This document shows positions 1 to 20,480 of a stretch of DNA of 64,000 bases, piece after piece. Made by a program: the position numbers and the translations under genes. Positions within the stretch are counted from its first letter, which is position 1. Each line of letters begins with the position of its first letter. The stretch lies in NCBI RefSeq assembly GCF_009914755.1, contig NC_060934.1; one strand, written 5' to 3'. The stretch comes from the human T2T-CHM13v2.0 reference genome, Homo sapiens. The notes beneath the pieces were generated by a model. The model made no database searches, was not told where the DNA came from, and saw nothing but the letters and a program-made list of their open reading frames with translations.

Positions 1-545
1 ACTGAAAACTTTTCTGTATTTGGTAATCTACTGGGGTTCCAATCCAGTATGCTTTCTTATATTTAGAAGGTCTTTCTACAGTGTGTTATCATGGATCTTG
101 GAGCAAATATCATGTAAATGAAGGCATTTCCACATTCTATACATTCATAGGTTTTATTTCAGAAATGAGTTCTTATCTTCATGTGGAACTGGAACAACTG
201 AAGACCTTACCACGGATGTTTGTATTTATAAGGGTTTTCTCCATTGAATCCTTTCATATTTTCAAAGAAATGAAAAAGCTGAAGGCTTTACTGTGTTTCT
301 TAAGATTATGTCAATTTTCTCCATATTAAATTCGAATATGTCTTTGAAAGCACGTGGGAAAATCAAGTTTATTAACACAGTTTTTACATTCATGTTGTTT
401 TTGTTTTTCTAAGTTTTCAAAGAGAACTGGGAAAGTTGCATGCTTTCTTGTATTTCTTAGATCGATAGGGTTCTGTACAGTGTGAGTTCTTTCATGTGTT
501 CTAATAAAGTAGAGCACATGATGCCTTTGCCACATTTTTTACATG
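1..545 (-). pseudogene. Degenerate C2H2 (Kruppel-type) zinc-finger array relic, antisense in the cyclin-Y-like intron
   Basis: Minus-strand reading gives broken finger and linker motifs across frames: CKKCGKG, HERTHTVQNP, HECKNC, GENPYKYK, YECIECGNAF. Many stops and frameshifts. Probably continues past the window start. Confidence 0.75.
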
Positions 546-607
546 AGAATAATGTTTTTGAACTAACATTGTCCTGTGTTGGTTTTGTTGTGTTTCTCCT
601 TCCCCAG

Positions 608-770
608 GAATGAGTTGGAAAGGGAATTCTTGAAGCTAATTAATTACAATATCAGCGTTACTGGCAGTGTTTATAGCAGATTCTACTTCAATCTTCGAAC
701 CATGGCACATGACAACAGCCTGTATTCGCTAGTTTATCTTCTTGACAGAGAAAGAGCATGGAAGCTGGAG
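608..770 (+). pseudogene. CCNYL4: Cyclin-Y-like gene, penultimate exon (163 nt)
   Basis: Acceptor tttctccttccccag|G and donor GAG|gtaagg. Translates NELEREFLKLINYNISVTGSVYSRFYFNLRTMAHDNSLYSLVYLLDRERAWKLE, homologous to CCNY [33 protein letters not shown]...SRERAHKLE. The family call is strong; the paralogue symbol is from recalled locus context (CCNYL2/3 not excluded). Confidence 0.85.
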
Positions 771-1863
771 GTAAGGCTACGAAGTTACTAAGTGGGTTTT
801 CAGTCAAACACCAATGCCAACATCTGTGACTAGGTCATATTAAGCAGTGATTAGAAAAATGGAAAGCTTCAAAATTAACTAACATACTGAAGATCTTGTT
901 ACTTTTTGGCGTTCTATTTCCTGTATATTTTATGGTTTTTACAAGGATCCACATTATTTGAAAATTATAGCTATTATCTTCCCTTTTATGACCTTAATTC
1001 AGAATATTTTAATCAAATTTAATTCATTTGTAATCTTTCCTTTTTGAACCTTTACCCTTTCAAATAATCATATGTAAATGATTTCTTGTTATTGTATTCT
1101 GAGCAATGTCTACATACATAATGCACTTACCACTCTTGACTATTTTTTATTATTCAGTTTGCAAATTTATGTCATTTTCTACTGTATATACCACAGTGCA
1201 GTCAGTCCCATGGGTTTGTTAGAAAAAGCATTAGTGCCTAAGCCAAGAGACCTGCACTTAGACTGTATAAGGTGTGTGTGTCTCAAGTACTGGATGCAGA
1301 AAGTACATGGGATTTTACTGGAAATAACTTTTATGGGACAAAGTAATATTTATGGCTTGTGACTTTTGGTAAGTACACAGCAAAGTTACAGCTGACAAGG
1401 ACGAGCATTTAAAATAGGCATGTTCTGTGGTACCTTGGAAGTATTTTAAAATAATACATTTTCTATCATAATTAATGTGCAAGTGAAGTAGTGCCTTTTG
1501 ATGCTTTAGTCATTAGACTTCTTTGATGTTCCAATACAATCCAGCACATGCCTGCATCATTAAAATTTGCTTTGAGTATATAATAACTACTATAGATTGG
1601 GTAGAGTTTGAATAGATTAATAAACTAACTTTTTGCAAAAGTGTACATTCATTATGCTTAAGGAACAAGTACACAGGTAACAGATGATACTGCTCTTAGA
1701 AGCCTGTCACAATACTGTGACATCTTTGGGTGCCCAATTTTTAAGTAACTTAATAAAACAAGTTCCCCTTTGCTCCAGCAATCTAATTCTAGCCCTGAAA
1801 GGAGATTATCTTAGCGAGTTGACAGAACTTGGCGGTGTAAACCTCAGCCAAGTAGCTATAACT

Positions 1864-2146
1864 GGGCCAGGCACTGTGACTCATGCCTGTAATTCCAACA
1901 CTTTGGGAGGCCGCGGCGGGTGGATCATGATGTGAGGAGTTCAAGACCAGCCTGGCCAAGCTGGTGAAACCCCGTTGTTACTAAAAATATGAAAATTAGC
2001 TGGCACCTATAATCCCAGCTACTCGGGAGGCTGAGGCAGAGAATTGCTTGAACCTGGGAGGCGGAGGTTGCAGTGAGCCAAGATTGTGCCATTGCACTTC
2101 AGCCTGGGTGACAGAGCAAGAGTCCTTCTCAAAAAAAAAAAAAAAG
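1864..2146 (+). mobile_element. AluS
   Basis: Dimeric Alu with polyA tail. TSD-like gtagct(a/g)taact on both sides. Confidence 0.93.
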
Positions 2147-2263
2147 GTAGCTGTAACTGAGCTATCTGAAGGAGTTTGCATGCATGGCTTGTCATCAGTG
2201 GTGATAGTTAAAAGGTTGGAACCCTTTTTAAAATTGTACCTCTTTTCTATTTGACATTCTTAG

Positions 2264-2374
2264 GCTTTTTCAAGGATGGAACAAGACAAAGTTTTCTATA
2301 GTGCTGCCAAGAACAGGTCTTTGAGTGCTGATGATTTAATTCATTTTCAGCGTGCTAAGGCCATCCTCTTCTGA
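2264..2374 (+). pseudogene. CCNYL4: Cyclin-Y-like gene, terminal coding exon
   Basis: Acceptor ttcttag|GCT, in frame with the previous exon. Translates AFSRMEQDKVFYSAAKNRSLSADDLIHFQRAKAILF*, compared with the recalled CCNYL1 C-terminus AISRLCEDKDLCRAAMRRSFSADNFIGIQRSKAILS*. Confidence 0.85.
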
Positions 2375-3200
2375 AGGAAGAAAAGAAGGGTAGTGTAAAC
2401 CCTCATTTTGATGTGATCTGAACCTCTCATCAAAAAAGGCAGGAAAATATCACCTCTCCTGCTAAAGAACTAGAAAAGTTGATATTTTCAAAAGAAGAAA
2501 CACCTCAATTCAAGTTAACTCAAGGACAACTAAATGGCACTTCATAGTAAAGAATGGGACCTTGTCAGGGCAACAACACACTCTTACATTCTTCTGTCCC
2601 ATTTAATGTAAACAGAGTTATAAAAACCACTCCAAAGTGAAGACTCCTTCTACCCACACACAGATATTTGCTTAGTATGTGGACTGATAGCTGTGAACTA
2701 CGTAAGGCTTTTAAAACAATAGTTTAACTTTTTAGATTTTAAAGATAACTTTTCTGTTTCTTTTATGTTTTCTCTTTTCCCCAATATTGCTGCATACACA
2801 TTTGGAATCAGTGCAGTATCACTGTTAAAACATGGGAGTCTAACAATTCCTAAAGCCACTAGGAGCAGACCCAACATTGTCAGGTATGGAAGGGCTCTTC
2901 CTTCCTACTTTTACCATGGAAGCTACTAGTTACTGGCGATCATCAAGCAAAAGCTGCCAGACAGCATTTGCCATTCATATCCTTTGTAAGCCCTTCTTAT
3001 TAGCAGTTTAGCATGTTTAGGGTCATAAAAAGAGAAAGTATTGGTTATTGATTATCTACTTTTATGAAGGTCTATAGTGTATTTCTTGTGAACTATAATG
3101 GTTCTCATTTGCTGATAAAGTTTCTTATTGTTAAGTAAATGTGTTCAAAGATGTTTTCACAGTGCCAAGCAGAATGGTGGTCCAGTGGTTATATAAAAAT

Positions 3201-3206
3201 AATAAA
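3201..3206 (+). terminator. Candidate polyadenylation signal of the cyclin-Y-like transcript
   Basis: AATAAA about 830 nt after the stop codon, at the end of unique UTR-like sequence and before repeats begin. Confidence 0.55.
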
Positions 3207-3349
3207 ATATGAGGTACCCTGAAACTTTCAGGGCAGTTTTTAGCTTTAATATAGTGTGCCTGGGCCCTCCAGAGGACTGCAGCATATGTATACATGCTGT
3301 AAATCTTTACAAAATATCATTTGAAAGTGTAATTGTATTTCTTCTTTTT

Positions 3350-3508
3350 AACAGATGGTGCCTCGCTATATTGCCCAAGCTACAGTGCAATGAGTAATCA
3401 GAGACACAATCATAACGCACCACAGCCTGAAAATCCTGGCCTCAAGCAATCTTCCCATGTCAGCCTACCAGGTAACTGGGACCATAGGTGTGTACCACCA
3501 CCTCTGGC
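3350..3508 (-). mobile_element. Old Alu monomer (FAM/FRAM-like)
   Basis: Diverged Alu motifs cctggcctcaagcaatc and ctgggaccatagg. Confidence 0.75.
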
Positions 3509-3614
3509 TTTATTTTACAGAATTTGAATGTTAAGCTTTTAACTTTTTGTTTCAGTCAATATCTGCTATCTTCAAGAAGGACTGAAACAAAAAATTAAAA
3601 GCTTAATATTCAGG

Positions 3615-3770
3615 AGCTAGGCATGCTTGTAGTCCCAGCTACTCACGAGGCTTAAATGGGAGGATCACTTGAGGCCTAACCTTGGAGGCTGCAGTGCACT
3701 GTGATTGTGCCTGTAAATAGCCATTGCACTCCAGCCTTGGCAACTTAATGAGACCGTGTCACCTTAAAAA
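3615..3770 (+). mobile_element. Old Alu monomer (FAM/FRAM-like)
   Basis: tgtagtcccagctact ... cattgcactccagcc. Confidence 0.75.
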
Positions 3771-4483
3771 ATGGCAAAACTAAATAAACGTAAAAGAAAT
3801 ACAACAAGCTTTTCAATTATGTTTTGTAAATATTTCTAGCATTGTTACTTTTACAAGGATCAAAGCTTAAAATTACACTAAGACTTTTGGAATTCTTGTG
3901 TTTTTACAAAGTGCCCTTTTCTCTTGTAAAGTAGCTCTTTGCAAGGCTTTTATCTGCAATGATCACCTCAAATTATTTTCCCTAGATGTGATAAAGAGGA
4001 GGATCTGTGTTAATTCACATGTAACGAATTAGAAGGAATTGGACCCCAATAGTAGTAGGTGATGTAATACATTTTATTATCCCACATGTTAGCCTGAGTG
4101 CAGGTATCATATTTCATGTCCTGCTATTTAAAAAGAACTTCCATAAACCTTAGGAACCCTACCTCCTGAAAAAGTATCACTTATGGAATGCAGAGCTTAG
4201 AGATTGAAGTATTGATTGCAGTTTTATTTTCAAAAGATAAATGCTACAACTGATGTGGTTTTCATTTCTCATGTTTATATTAAAAGAAAACCTAGTAAAT
4301 TATTTAATTAAAATGTGGTGAGTGTGTTTATAACACTTCTATTCACATAGTGTTGCATCTCTGCCTAACTTAAATGGTTTAAATCAGTACTGATATGGCT
4401 TAAAGCATTTTTGTAAGTTGCCGTGACCATACACAAGTTGGTTTAATCCATGCCTGTATTTAAGATGTAATACTTGTTTTCTC

Positions 4484-4700
4484 TTTTTTTTTTTTTTTTT
4501 TTTGAGATGCAGTCTAGCTCTGTTGCCCAGGTTGGGACTGCAGGTGCACGCTGCCACGCTCAGCTGATTTTTTGTATTTTAGTAGAGACCAGGTTTCACC
4601 ATGTTGCCCAGGCTGGTCTCAAACTCCTGACCTCAGGCAATCCACCCGCCTCGGCCTCCCAAAGTGCTAGGATTACAGGCATGAGCCACCATGACTGGCC
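4484..4700 (-). mobile_element. AluS with internal deletion of most of the right arm
   Basis: PolyT, then ttgcccagg joined directly to ttgggactgcagg. Left arm intact. Confidence 0.85.
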
Positions 4701-5890
4701 CTCAATTTTAAGATAATTTATTACGCTTAAAATAACCCCCTGGCCACAATACTTAGTGGCATAGTGAGAAAATCAATAGAATAAGGAACACTAACATTGT
4801 TCTCTCCTTTGGCTTGAATTCTAGAAGGGAATACAGTCATTTAGATAAATGAAAAATTGGGTCAGCTTAGAATAAGAATATAAATGTCACTGAAAGTGGG
4901 CAGGTTCTCCAACAAATGTTATGGGGCATGGAAACTAAGTTGCTAGTAGGTGGTAACGATGGCAGTTTTCATAGAGTTTGATACCTGGGAAAGATTAGTT
5001 CTTTAACATATGACTATGAAAAGGATTATCTGAGTACCAAAGCTCAAATTTACTTTGACTTTTTGGGTTATTTTAATGTCTGTAATACAGACACCAGTGA
5101 AATTTTACTCTGGTAGAGCATGAACTAACACTTTTACATCTTCAATACAAAGAAAAGACAAAGATCTGAAATATGTATTTGAACCAAGTGAAACAGTCAT
5201 TTTTGTAGCACAAAAGCAGTTGCCTATTGGCAGTTTAATATAGTTTATTTTGAGATGAACTATCTAATCTTAGGGCTCAATGTTTGTAGAGAAATTTTCC
5301 TGGTCTTTTATTCACATTTTCTTTTTATGTAACCTAGATGCCCATACGTTACTGAAATCAAACAACACTAAATCCTGATTTTACTACAACTCAAGGTTCA
5401 GTTTTTTTTTTTAATGTAGTTTTCCCACATTTCCAAATACACTATTCCTTGGTTTAAAAAAAACATGCCAAAGCCAATCTTAACCAAAAACCAAATTACT
5501 CTTGATTCTGTATTCAGGTTATGCAGTGTTTCTGGAAACTAATTTTGCGCAGTGTGCTGGTTAGCTAGAATCTTTTATCACCCAGCCCTTTCCCTAACCA
5601 CATTTAAGATTTCTGTGGCTTCATTTTTTCCTCACACAGCATCCTTGAATATGGAACTATATCTTTGACAGCTGGCAGAGAAATCTCCCAGGTAAGTGCC
5701 AGTTTCTATGCAAATTTGTAGAGAACAACCAGAATCTATCAAGTTAAGGATTAGATGACCTTAAGTCTAATGGCCAGACATTTATTTGCCCAGTTGGGAA
5801 CATTCTGCCAGCAAGTAATGCAAAAGATCTAGGAGCCCTTCACTAAAGCCTGCCCCCTAGGATACAGGTTTCTAAGGCAATTTCTACTGA

Positions 5891-6197
<307 letters not shown>

Positions 6198-6222
6198 CTA
6201 TTGAACTCTTAAATGCATTTGG

Positions 6223-12388
<6,166 letters not shown>

Positions 12389-13469
12389 AAATGCATTTGG
12401 CCAGTGACGGAACATGTACTTAATGTGAAATTTAAGGAATATCATCTTGTGGTTTAGGATTTCCAGGGTACAGCAAGAACAACTAACTGGGAAAGAAAAG
12501 TGGTATAGACGTTATAAGAATCTTGAGTCCATTGGAAAATGGTTAACATTCTTTAAAAAGGAACAGGTTAGGTGACTCTTATAACTGGTGTAAGGAAGCT
12601 GAACAATTGGACTGTGATTAGGAAAACTCAGTGACAGTCCCAGAACCTAAGGTCTTTAGTAAAATATGAGTGGTATCTCCTTCAAAATACCTCTATGGAT
12701 ACCCAAAATAGGCTGCTTGCTTCTTAAAAAAATATATTGCTTCATCTTTAGCTTCTCAATTCTACAAACCTTTACCTGTCACCTCAAGCTGGTGACTCCT
12801 GTGTCTCCTCAGTGTGACAACTGACTCACAAGCAGAGCTTCAAGTGTTTTATCCACCTCTTCTTCCAACCCCTGTTTCACCCAAGACTCTTAGAACCCTC
12901 CTTAAACAAAATAGATTATTCCAGCCTCACCCTTACCTTTTCTGCTACTTTCCAGTGTGGCAGTGCTTGATGTTTGTCATTGTGACCCACTGCCAAAGCA
13001 TCAGCACCAGGTTCTGGAACATCCGGGTTGTATGTAGCTTGCAAGCTAACTGACCCCTTGTAATTCCCTTTATGTGAGCCTTCTGTGTGGGTTCTCTGAA
13101 ATACCTGTTCCCAATTTGCTGCACTTGCTGATTCTGACCTACTCACAACCCTACTCATGTATTCTCAATCTAGCCTGAGGATGAGGTTGTACCCTTTCCT
13201 TCCAAAACCTATTTTCTCTGGCATTGATGCCTTGTTCTGAAGGTAACACCCTCTCATCTAATGGAGAGGATTCCATCTCTACCTCTAAAATCAGCCCTCT
13301 ATATTCATCTCCTCCACCAATTCTCCTCTTCAAAATTGCATTTCACCTCCTCAACTTGGGGATGCAGCAATTTTGGTTCATTCCTCTAAAGGTCCCAATG
13401 TTTTTCAAGATGTGATCCCCACCCACCTCCCTCTTAGCAGCTGAAAGAGCTTGTGAAAAATGCAGCTTC

Positions 13470-13690
13470 TCTAAATGCAGTATGGTATCCTGGATTTGAT
13501 CCTGGGACAGGTAAAGAACATGAGTGGAAAACCTGATGAAGTCTGGAGTTAGTAGTAATGTGTCAACCTTGACTTTTTAGTTTTAACAAATGTACCATGT
13601 CAACACGAGATGTTCACATTAGTGGGGAACTGGTAAGGGCATACAGAAACTGAGTTATTTTGGTGACTTTTTCTAAGTTTCTTTTTATAA
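13470..13690 (+). mobile_element. Ancient L1M 3' fragment
   Basis: ctaaatgcagtatggtatcctggatttgatcctgg ... aaatgtaccatg motifs typical of L1MC/ME 3' ends. Confidence 0.55.
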
Positions 13691-14158
13691 AACAGCCTTT
13701 TGGGCCCCAGAACTAATGAATCTCAATTCCTGGGGCTGAGGCCTGGGAATCTAAAATTGTAACAGATACCCTAAATGATTCTTAGATTCAAATTGAAATC
13801 CTTGTCAATTTCCTTTTATTTCTTGTCTGAACAGTTGCTTCTCCCTTGTTTCACTTATCTTAACCTGAGTTAATCCTTGAACTCTTCTGAATCCTAGGAT
13901 TTCAGTACTGTTATCGGTTTTTCCCAGATGAGAAAACTGAATAGTAAGAGGTGGAGTGTCCAGGATCATAGAGCTCATAAAAGGTGAAGCTGGGACTTAT
14001 ATTCCCAATCAGCCTGGCTCCCAAGTCTATGCTTATAGCCGCTCTGCATCAACCCTAATTCTATTCATGATGAGCTCAAGAGCTCTGTAACTAAATCAAC
14101 AAAAAGCAGCCTTCTCACCAATATTATCCTGGGCCCACCTATTTCTCCAACTTTCTAA

Positions 14159-14526
<368 letters not shown>

Positions 14527-16993
14527 CGCCTTCTTTTCCACTGGAGGAAAATGAGCAATGGGAAAGCTTGGGGAAGATGTGCCGTTGAGAATGCTGCACG
14601 CGGAAAGTGGAAGGTGCAGTTGCCCTTCTCTCAAGACTCAGCTCAACAACTATATTTTCTAGTCTGCCTCTCCCAGCTGCTTTAACTTATATACTAATGT
14701 AATCAAGTTCACAGCACCCGCCTTGACATGAAATTACATGCTCTCATATATTGCTAATTCACTTCTCACTAGATTTATGTGGTCTCCCTCAAACACTTTA
14801 AGCTCCTAATTTGCAGGGTCACGTCTCCCACAAACTATGTCTCAGAGTATGATGGAGAATGCTGACATACCAGATCTTAAAGTGAGCTGGTGTTGGTAGA
14901 TTGGTGGCCAATCTTTATTTTGCCAAAGCAGCAGTTGGCAGAAGGTGGTGTGAAAATAGCATCTCAGGCTCAGTAAGCATCTGTTTAGATTACCAGGGAG
15001 AAGCCAGCTCTCAGTTTGTACCTTGGGTTCCTGATGTGGATTTACAGCTCAACAGCAAGTTGTGGATCCAACAGCTGAATAGAAAAGTTTTGAGAGTTTC
15101 TGTCTTCCAACCAGATGCACAAAAAAGTACCGTGTCTATTCAGATTGTTTCAGCATAAATGGAGCATTTATAAAATGGAAGGCAATCTTGGGCAATGACT
15201 GTTTTTCCACGTATCTTCATTTCTTCAGGTGGATCAGGAAACAATAACAGGATTGCTAGGAGAAACCTAGGAATTATATTAAATTAAAACATGTTTTAAT
15301 TAGTTCTGCTTCTGTGATTGGAATTTGCTTGAGTTTAAGATTAATAAAATTTTTGCTGCTTATATTTTAGGTACAATTGAAAAATCTGATTCTAAAATTA
15401 AAATCCACATCTCTCCTTACATATCCTTAGGAAGCAGTGTATCTGTGCATGCAAACATGAAGAGAAAGAGACTTCTATGGCATCTCTTTATTTTCTTTGC
15501 TATTGCTTTAATGCATTTTAAAATTAATGTACATTAATTGGGAACAAAGAAACAAAAGCACATTTCTTTTTATCATAAATAACATCTCCATATTTAACAA
15601 AAATCTTAAATCATTATTTTACCTTTTTACAAATACAATACATGCAAAACTTTTTTTGCAAACAATAAAGTTAACAGAAATATATGGCACTACCATAACA
15701 ACATACAGCTGCCATTCTACTGACTCTCAGGAACAAAATAAAAACAAGACTTACCAAGATGCTCTGGGTTTTCTTCTGTTAGTGTTAAAACTTCAGATTT
15801 ATAATCTCATCTATATTATATAGATTTTAGCCATGATAATGTCCATCTGTGGTACATTGTTAAAAACCATGGGACTTCGTGTCGGTTCAAACTGTATATA
15901 TAGTATGCACATTTTGTGAATGTGTATCTACAGAATATATATAATGTAGATGAGAGATTTAGTGACTTTTGATATGAGTTTGGTGCAGGTGGATTACTGA
16001 GGCCAAGTGAGGTACATACTAATTCAGTAGTTTAAATGCAGGCATTCAATATTCTTTACGATGTCCAGATATGTATAGTACCTGTCCCATGCAGTGTACG
16101 CACTGTCATGTTAAATCCAGAACTTACACATCAGAGCCTGTGATATTTTATTTGTAGACAATCAACTTGAATCTTTAAATTATTACTGGTAGGTGATTAT
16201 AAATCTGCTTTACCCTTTATCTAAAAAACTAAATCCTTGTGGCATTAAGATTTTCTTTCTCCAACCCCAGTTTCTGTTTCTTAGAGACACATTGCTGGTC
16301 AACCAATTGAATGGTAATATTTAGGGGAAAGACAGAAATAATTCCTACCATCTGGATTTTTTCCAGAATTGGGAAGGGAGAAAAACTATCCCCAAAGACA
16401 ATTAAAATCCATTCTAGCAAGATGATGCAATGACCTGCAAAGAAAAATGCACTCCAGGCACACCCAGGGGCACAGTGAAAAGGCTCTCCACAGGGTGGTC
16501 ACTGAGTACTTCAATGAGCAGAATAGGGGTGGGAGGATCGATATGATAGGATATCATGACTTGACACTGGACTCAGGCGTATTAACATTCCAGCCAGTAC
16601 TGCCACACCTTGAGTGTGTCATCTTGAAAAGATTTGTTTTCTTATTCCAATTTGCATTTTTATTAAGTACACAATACATTTTATTGACAGACCTTGAAAG
16701 ATAGGAAAATATTCTCAAAAAAACATAAAAATGTGACTATCAGAAAAAATCTAATGATATATTTAATTTGTTATTCTTATTTTTATTTGTTATTTTTATT
16801 TTTATTTGTTCTTCTCCTGAGAATGTGTAATAAGTGTCTGTGGTCTGTACCTTCCGGGGGTGGTTTCAAGCAGAATCTCAGGGCTTAGTTTTAGGGATAT
16901 TCCTGGGTGAGAAGGAAAAATTCTTTTACTTTATACCTGCAGAGAAATTGATACAGTTCCACAAGAAATTGTGGTAGATCAATTGGTGATTTA

Positions 16994-17413
<420 letters not shown>

Positions 17414-17692
17414 TTAGAGACCTGAGCCCGTTGACTGCAGGCTAAGGCCAATCTTGACCTGTCAAAGGAGTTCATGAATAGCACAGTTATTTTTTTCCTG
17501 GGGAGCTTCCCCTGCAGCTGTCCCAGCCTGCTCAGAGCAGCCATTGAAGGAGGCTTTATATTGAGTGAAGCTACAGAGCCCTGGAAAGCTGGGAATGCAC
17601 AGGCAGACATGGTGAGAGCTGAGATGGGAGGCGGGTTGTGATGTCCTCTGTGAGGGTGTAATTGTTATTATCCTGAGGCTGTTTCTTGATAC

Positions 17693-18270
17693 TGTCAAAT
17701 AAATTCAGATGAAGGTAAGAAGTGACTTTATCCTAAAGGAGTATTGCAATGGGAAAGCACCAAGCATCAAATCTACAAGCATCTCAAAAGAGGCAGAAAA
17801 GGGCTGTGTTTCATATGGAGGAACAAACAAGATTAGAAGGGAGGTGGGAGAAAGAGAGGATGATGGAGAATGGCAAAATCAGATTCAAGGGTAGAAAATG
17901 TTTCACCCTAAAGTCAGCCTTTTCTTAGGAGGGGCATAAAGGTGGGGTGTATGTTAGCTCAGACTGAAGTTGGACCAGAGTCCGGGAGCCTGAGGAAAGG
18001 AGAGAAACTTAAGTAAAGTTCGTTTAACAAGTATTTTGCTCTGAACACTGAAGACAAAATTATTTGTTGATGAGGGGAAAATGAGAATTTAGAGAGTCTG
18101 TGAATTTGTGATATCTAAAAGAGGAAGCAGCATCTAAGTCATAATAAAAGGATATTTATTTGCAGTAAGCTGTTCCTACAGAACACAAAGGATGCAGGGT
18201 TCTTAATCATGGCTGTTTACCAGGATTTACTACCCACCCCATTTTTTCCCTGCCTTACTTTGTCCTATAC
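17693..18270 (-). mobile_element. Probable ERV1-class LTR (family not assigned)
   Basis: LTR-like composition next to other ERV pieces. Recognised from memory only. Confidence 0.4.
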
Positions 18271-18284
18271 ATTTTTTTTTTCTG

Positions 18285-18442
18285 TTTGGTTTTCCTGAGT
18301 CGTATCCTATATAATAACCTGGGAAACACAGGTAAAGTTTCCCTGCTAAGTTCTGTGAGTAGTTTTATCAAATTATTAAACTTGAGCAAGGGGGTTATGG
18401 AAGTCCATGATTTATGGACAGTAGCTCAGAAGTATAGATGGG
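18285..18442 (+). mobile_element. MER21-family LTR fragment
   Basis: ttcctgagtcgtatcctatataataa...ttctgtgagt...aagggggttatggaa. Confidence 0.6.
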
Positions 18443-18525
18443 ATCGCTGGAACCCAGGAGGCAAAGGTTGCAGTGAACTGAGATCGCACTATTGCACTCC
18501 AGGGTGACAGAGTGAGACTCTGTCT

Positions 18526-18566
<41 letters not shown>

Positions 18567-18567
18567 A
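18443..18567 (+). mobile_element. Alu right-arm fragment with (TAAA)n tail
   Basis: gaacccaggaggcaaaggttgcagtg...gagactctgtc followed by TAAA repeats. Confidence 0.85.
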
Positions 18568-18579
18568 ATATTTTAAATA

Positions 18580-20090
18580 AAATCTTGTTTTAACCAATTA
18601 TTTTTGGTATTCATGTAATTTTGTTAATATCAAAGACCCACCTCTAGAAAGACTATTATAATTTTCTTCTTAATTATACCCAGCTAAAGTATACAACCTC
18701 ATTTTCTAAAAAAAACCACAAAGTTTCTATTAACTAACCTTTCTACAACCTATGTAGATAATGCACAGCATGCTTAAACTTTCTGTTTTGCCTAAATATT
18801 TCTCTTTCTTGAACAACCTAGTCATTTTAGGACAAAAAATTTACCACACAAAATGCCTTCTTAGTAAAGTTGCTTTTCTTTTAACCTTATCAAAAATACC
18901 TCTTTATATCTTTAACTTTCTTACATCTCTTATTTCCTGGTTTCTTTTACCTGGTTTTGTACATAACTTTTAAAGAAGCTTTGAATTAAACAGAGATATT
19001 TACCTTTTAATAAGAACATTTAAAAAATGTTTTCCTGTGTTTTTAAGTTGGAAATTACCCAGCTACTTAATATCTATTAATAACCTTAGATCCCCAATCA
19101 TATGGCAAGTCTCTTTACAAGCATTTATTCCATTACATTTACCAGATTAATTTATTTAATATTTTACCTAGATTTTTTTTTTTGAGACAGTTTAACTCTT
19201 GATGCCCAGGCCAGAGTTCAGTGGTGTGGTCTCAGCTCACTGCAAGCTCCACCTCCCCAGTTCAAGTGATTCTCCTGCTCCAGCCTCCTGAGTAGCTGGG
19301 ACTACTGGTGCCCACCACTGTGCCCAGCTGATTTTGGTATTTTTAATAGAGACAGGGTTTCATCATATTGGCCAGGCTGGTCTTGAACTCCTGGCCTCAG
19401 GTGATCTGCCTGCCTCGGACTCCTATAGTGCTGGGATTACAGACGTTAGCCACCATGCCCCGACTTTACCTAGATTATTTATGAAAACTTTGATAGTCAT
19501 TGTTTAAAGTGAATTCCCTGTTAATCATTTTTATAGCTGTGAATTTCAGATGTTTATTTAAATGAGACTCTTAAGGTTAAATATAAGGGTACTTTTTACC
19601 AATAACTCAGAATTTATCTGTTTTCATTAAACCAAGATATTTCATGTCCTATTTATCAAAAATTACACAAGCAAAGATCATTCTGTCTTGGGCTGGGTTT
19701 TATACTTTTATAACCCTTATGGCAAATCTTCCAGTATTCTGCAGGAATAATCATGCAATCACTTGATCAACAAATGCAAACAAAAATGCTAATAATTCTT
19801 ACAACATTTCTAATATTGTTTTGCCAATAATTTGAAAGCCAGCTTATTTATAAAAAAATTTACTTAAGTCACAAGAACTTGAAAAAGCATTTGACTGGTC
19901 TTTTTTCTTGATAAAATGGTTGATTTATGCACTTTTATTTTTCTTTAAGCCAATGAATTAGAGCTCTTTATTTACAGTAGAGAAACATTGTGTACATAAC
20001 ACATAAATACGTAAATCTATTAGGCATGCTGACGGAAGTATGTCTTACAGATTCAGAAGACCTCTTTTTCTCCTATCCTAGACCTTTACA
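18580..20090 (-). mobile_element. MER4-group ERV1 internal region (AT-rich part), interrupted by an Alu
   Basis: caagcaaagatcattctgtcttgggctgggttt, cttgaaaaagcatttgact and aattagagctc match the reverse complement of recalled MER4-group internal consensus. Confidence 0.65.
19173..19462 (-). mobile_element. AluS
   Basis: Full Alu with TSD tttacctagatt. Confidence 0.92.
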
Positions 20091-20094
20091 TTTT

Positions 20095-20480
20095 TTGTCT
20101 TTTTATTTTTGTTTTTTATCTTATTTTATTTAAATGGGTTTTTGGGGAACAGGTGGTGTTTGGTTACATGGATAAGTTCTTTAGTAGTGATTTCTGAGAT
20201 TTTGGTGTACCCATCATCTGAGCACTGTACACTGAAAAATGTGTTGTATCTTATCTTTCACCCACTTCCTACCCTTTCCCCCAAGTCCCCAAAGTGTATT
20301 GTATCATTCTGATGCCTTTGCATCCTCATAGCTTACCTCCCACTTATCAGTGAGAACATATAATGTTTGATTTTCCGTTCGTCAGTTACTTCACTTAGAA
20401 TAATGGTCTCCAGTTTCATCCACGTTGCTATGAATGCCATTATTTTGTTCCTTTTTATGGGTGAGTAGTATCCATGGCAT
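20095..20480 (-). mobile_element. L1PB-like 3' end fragment
   Basis: T-rich tail, then ggggaacaggtggtgtttggttacatggataagttcttt ... cccacttatcagtgagaacat. Confidence 0.8.
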
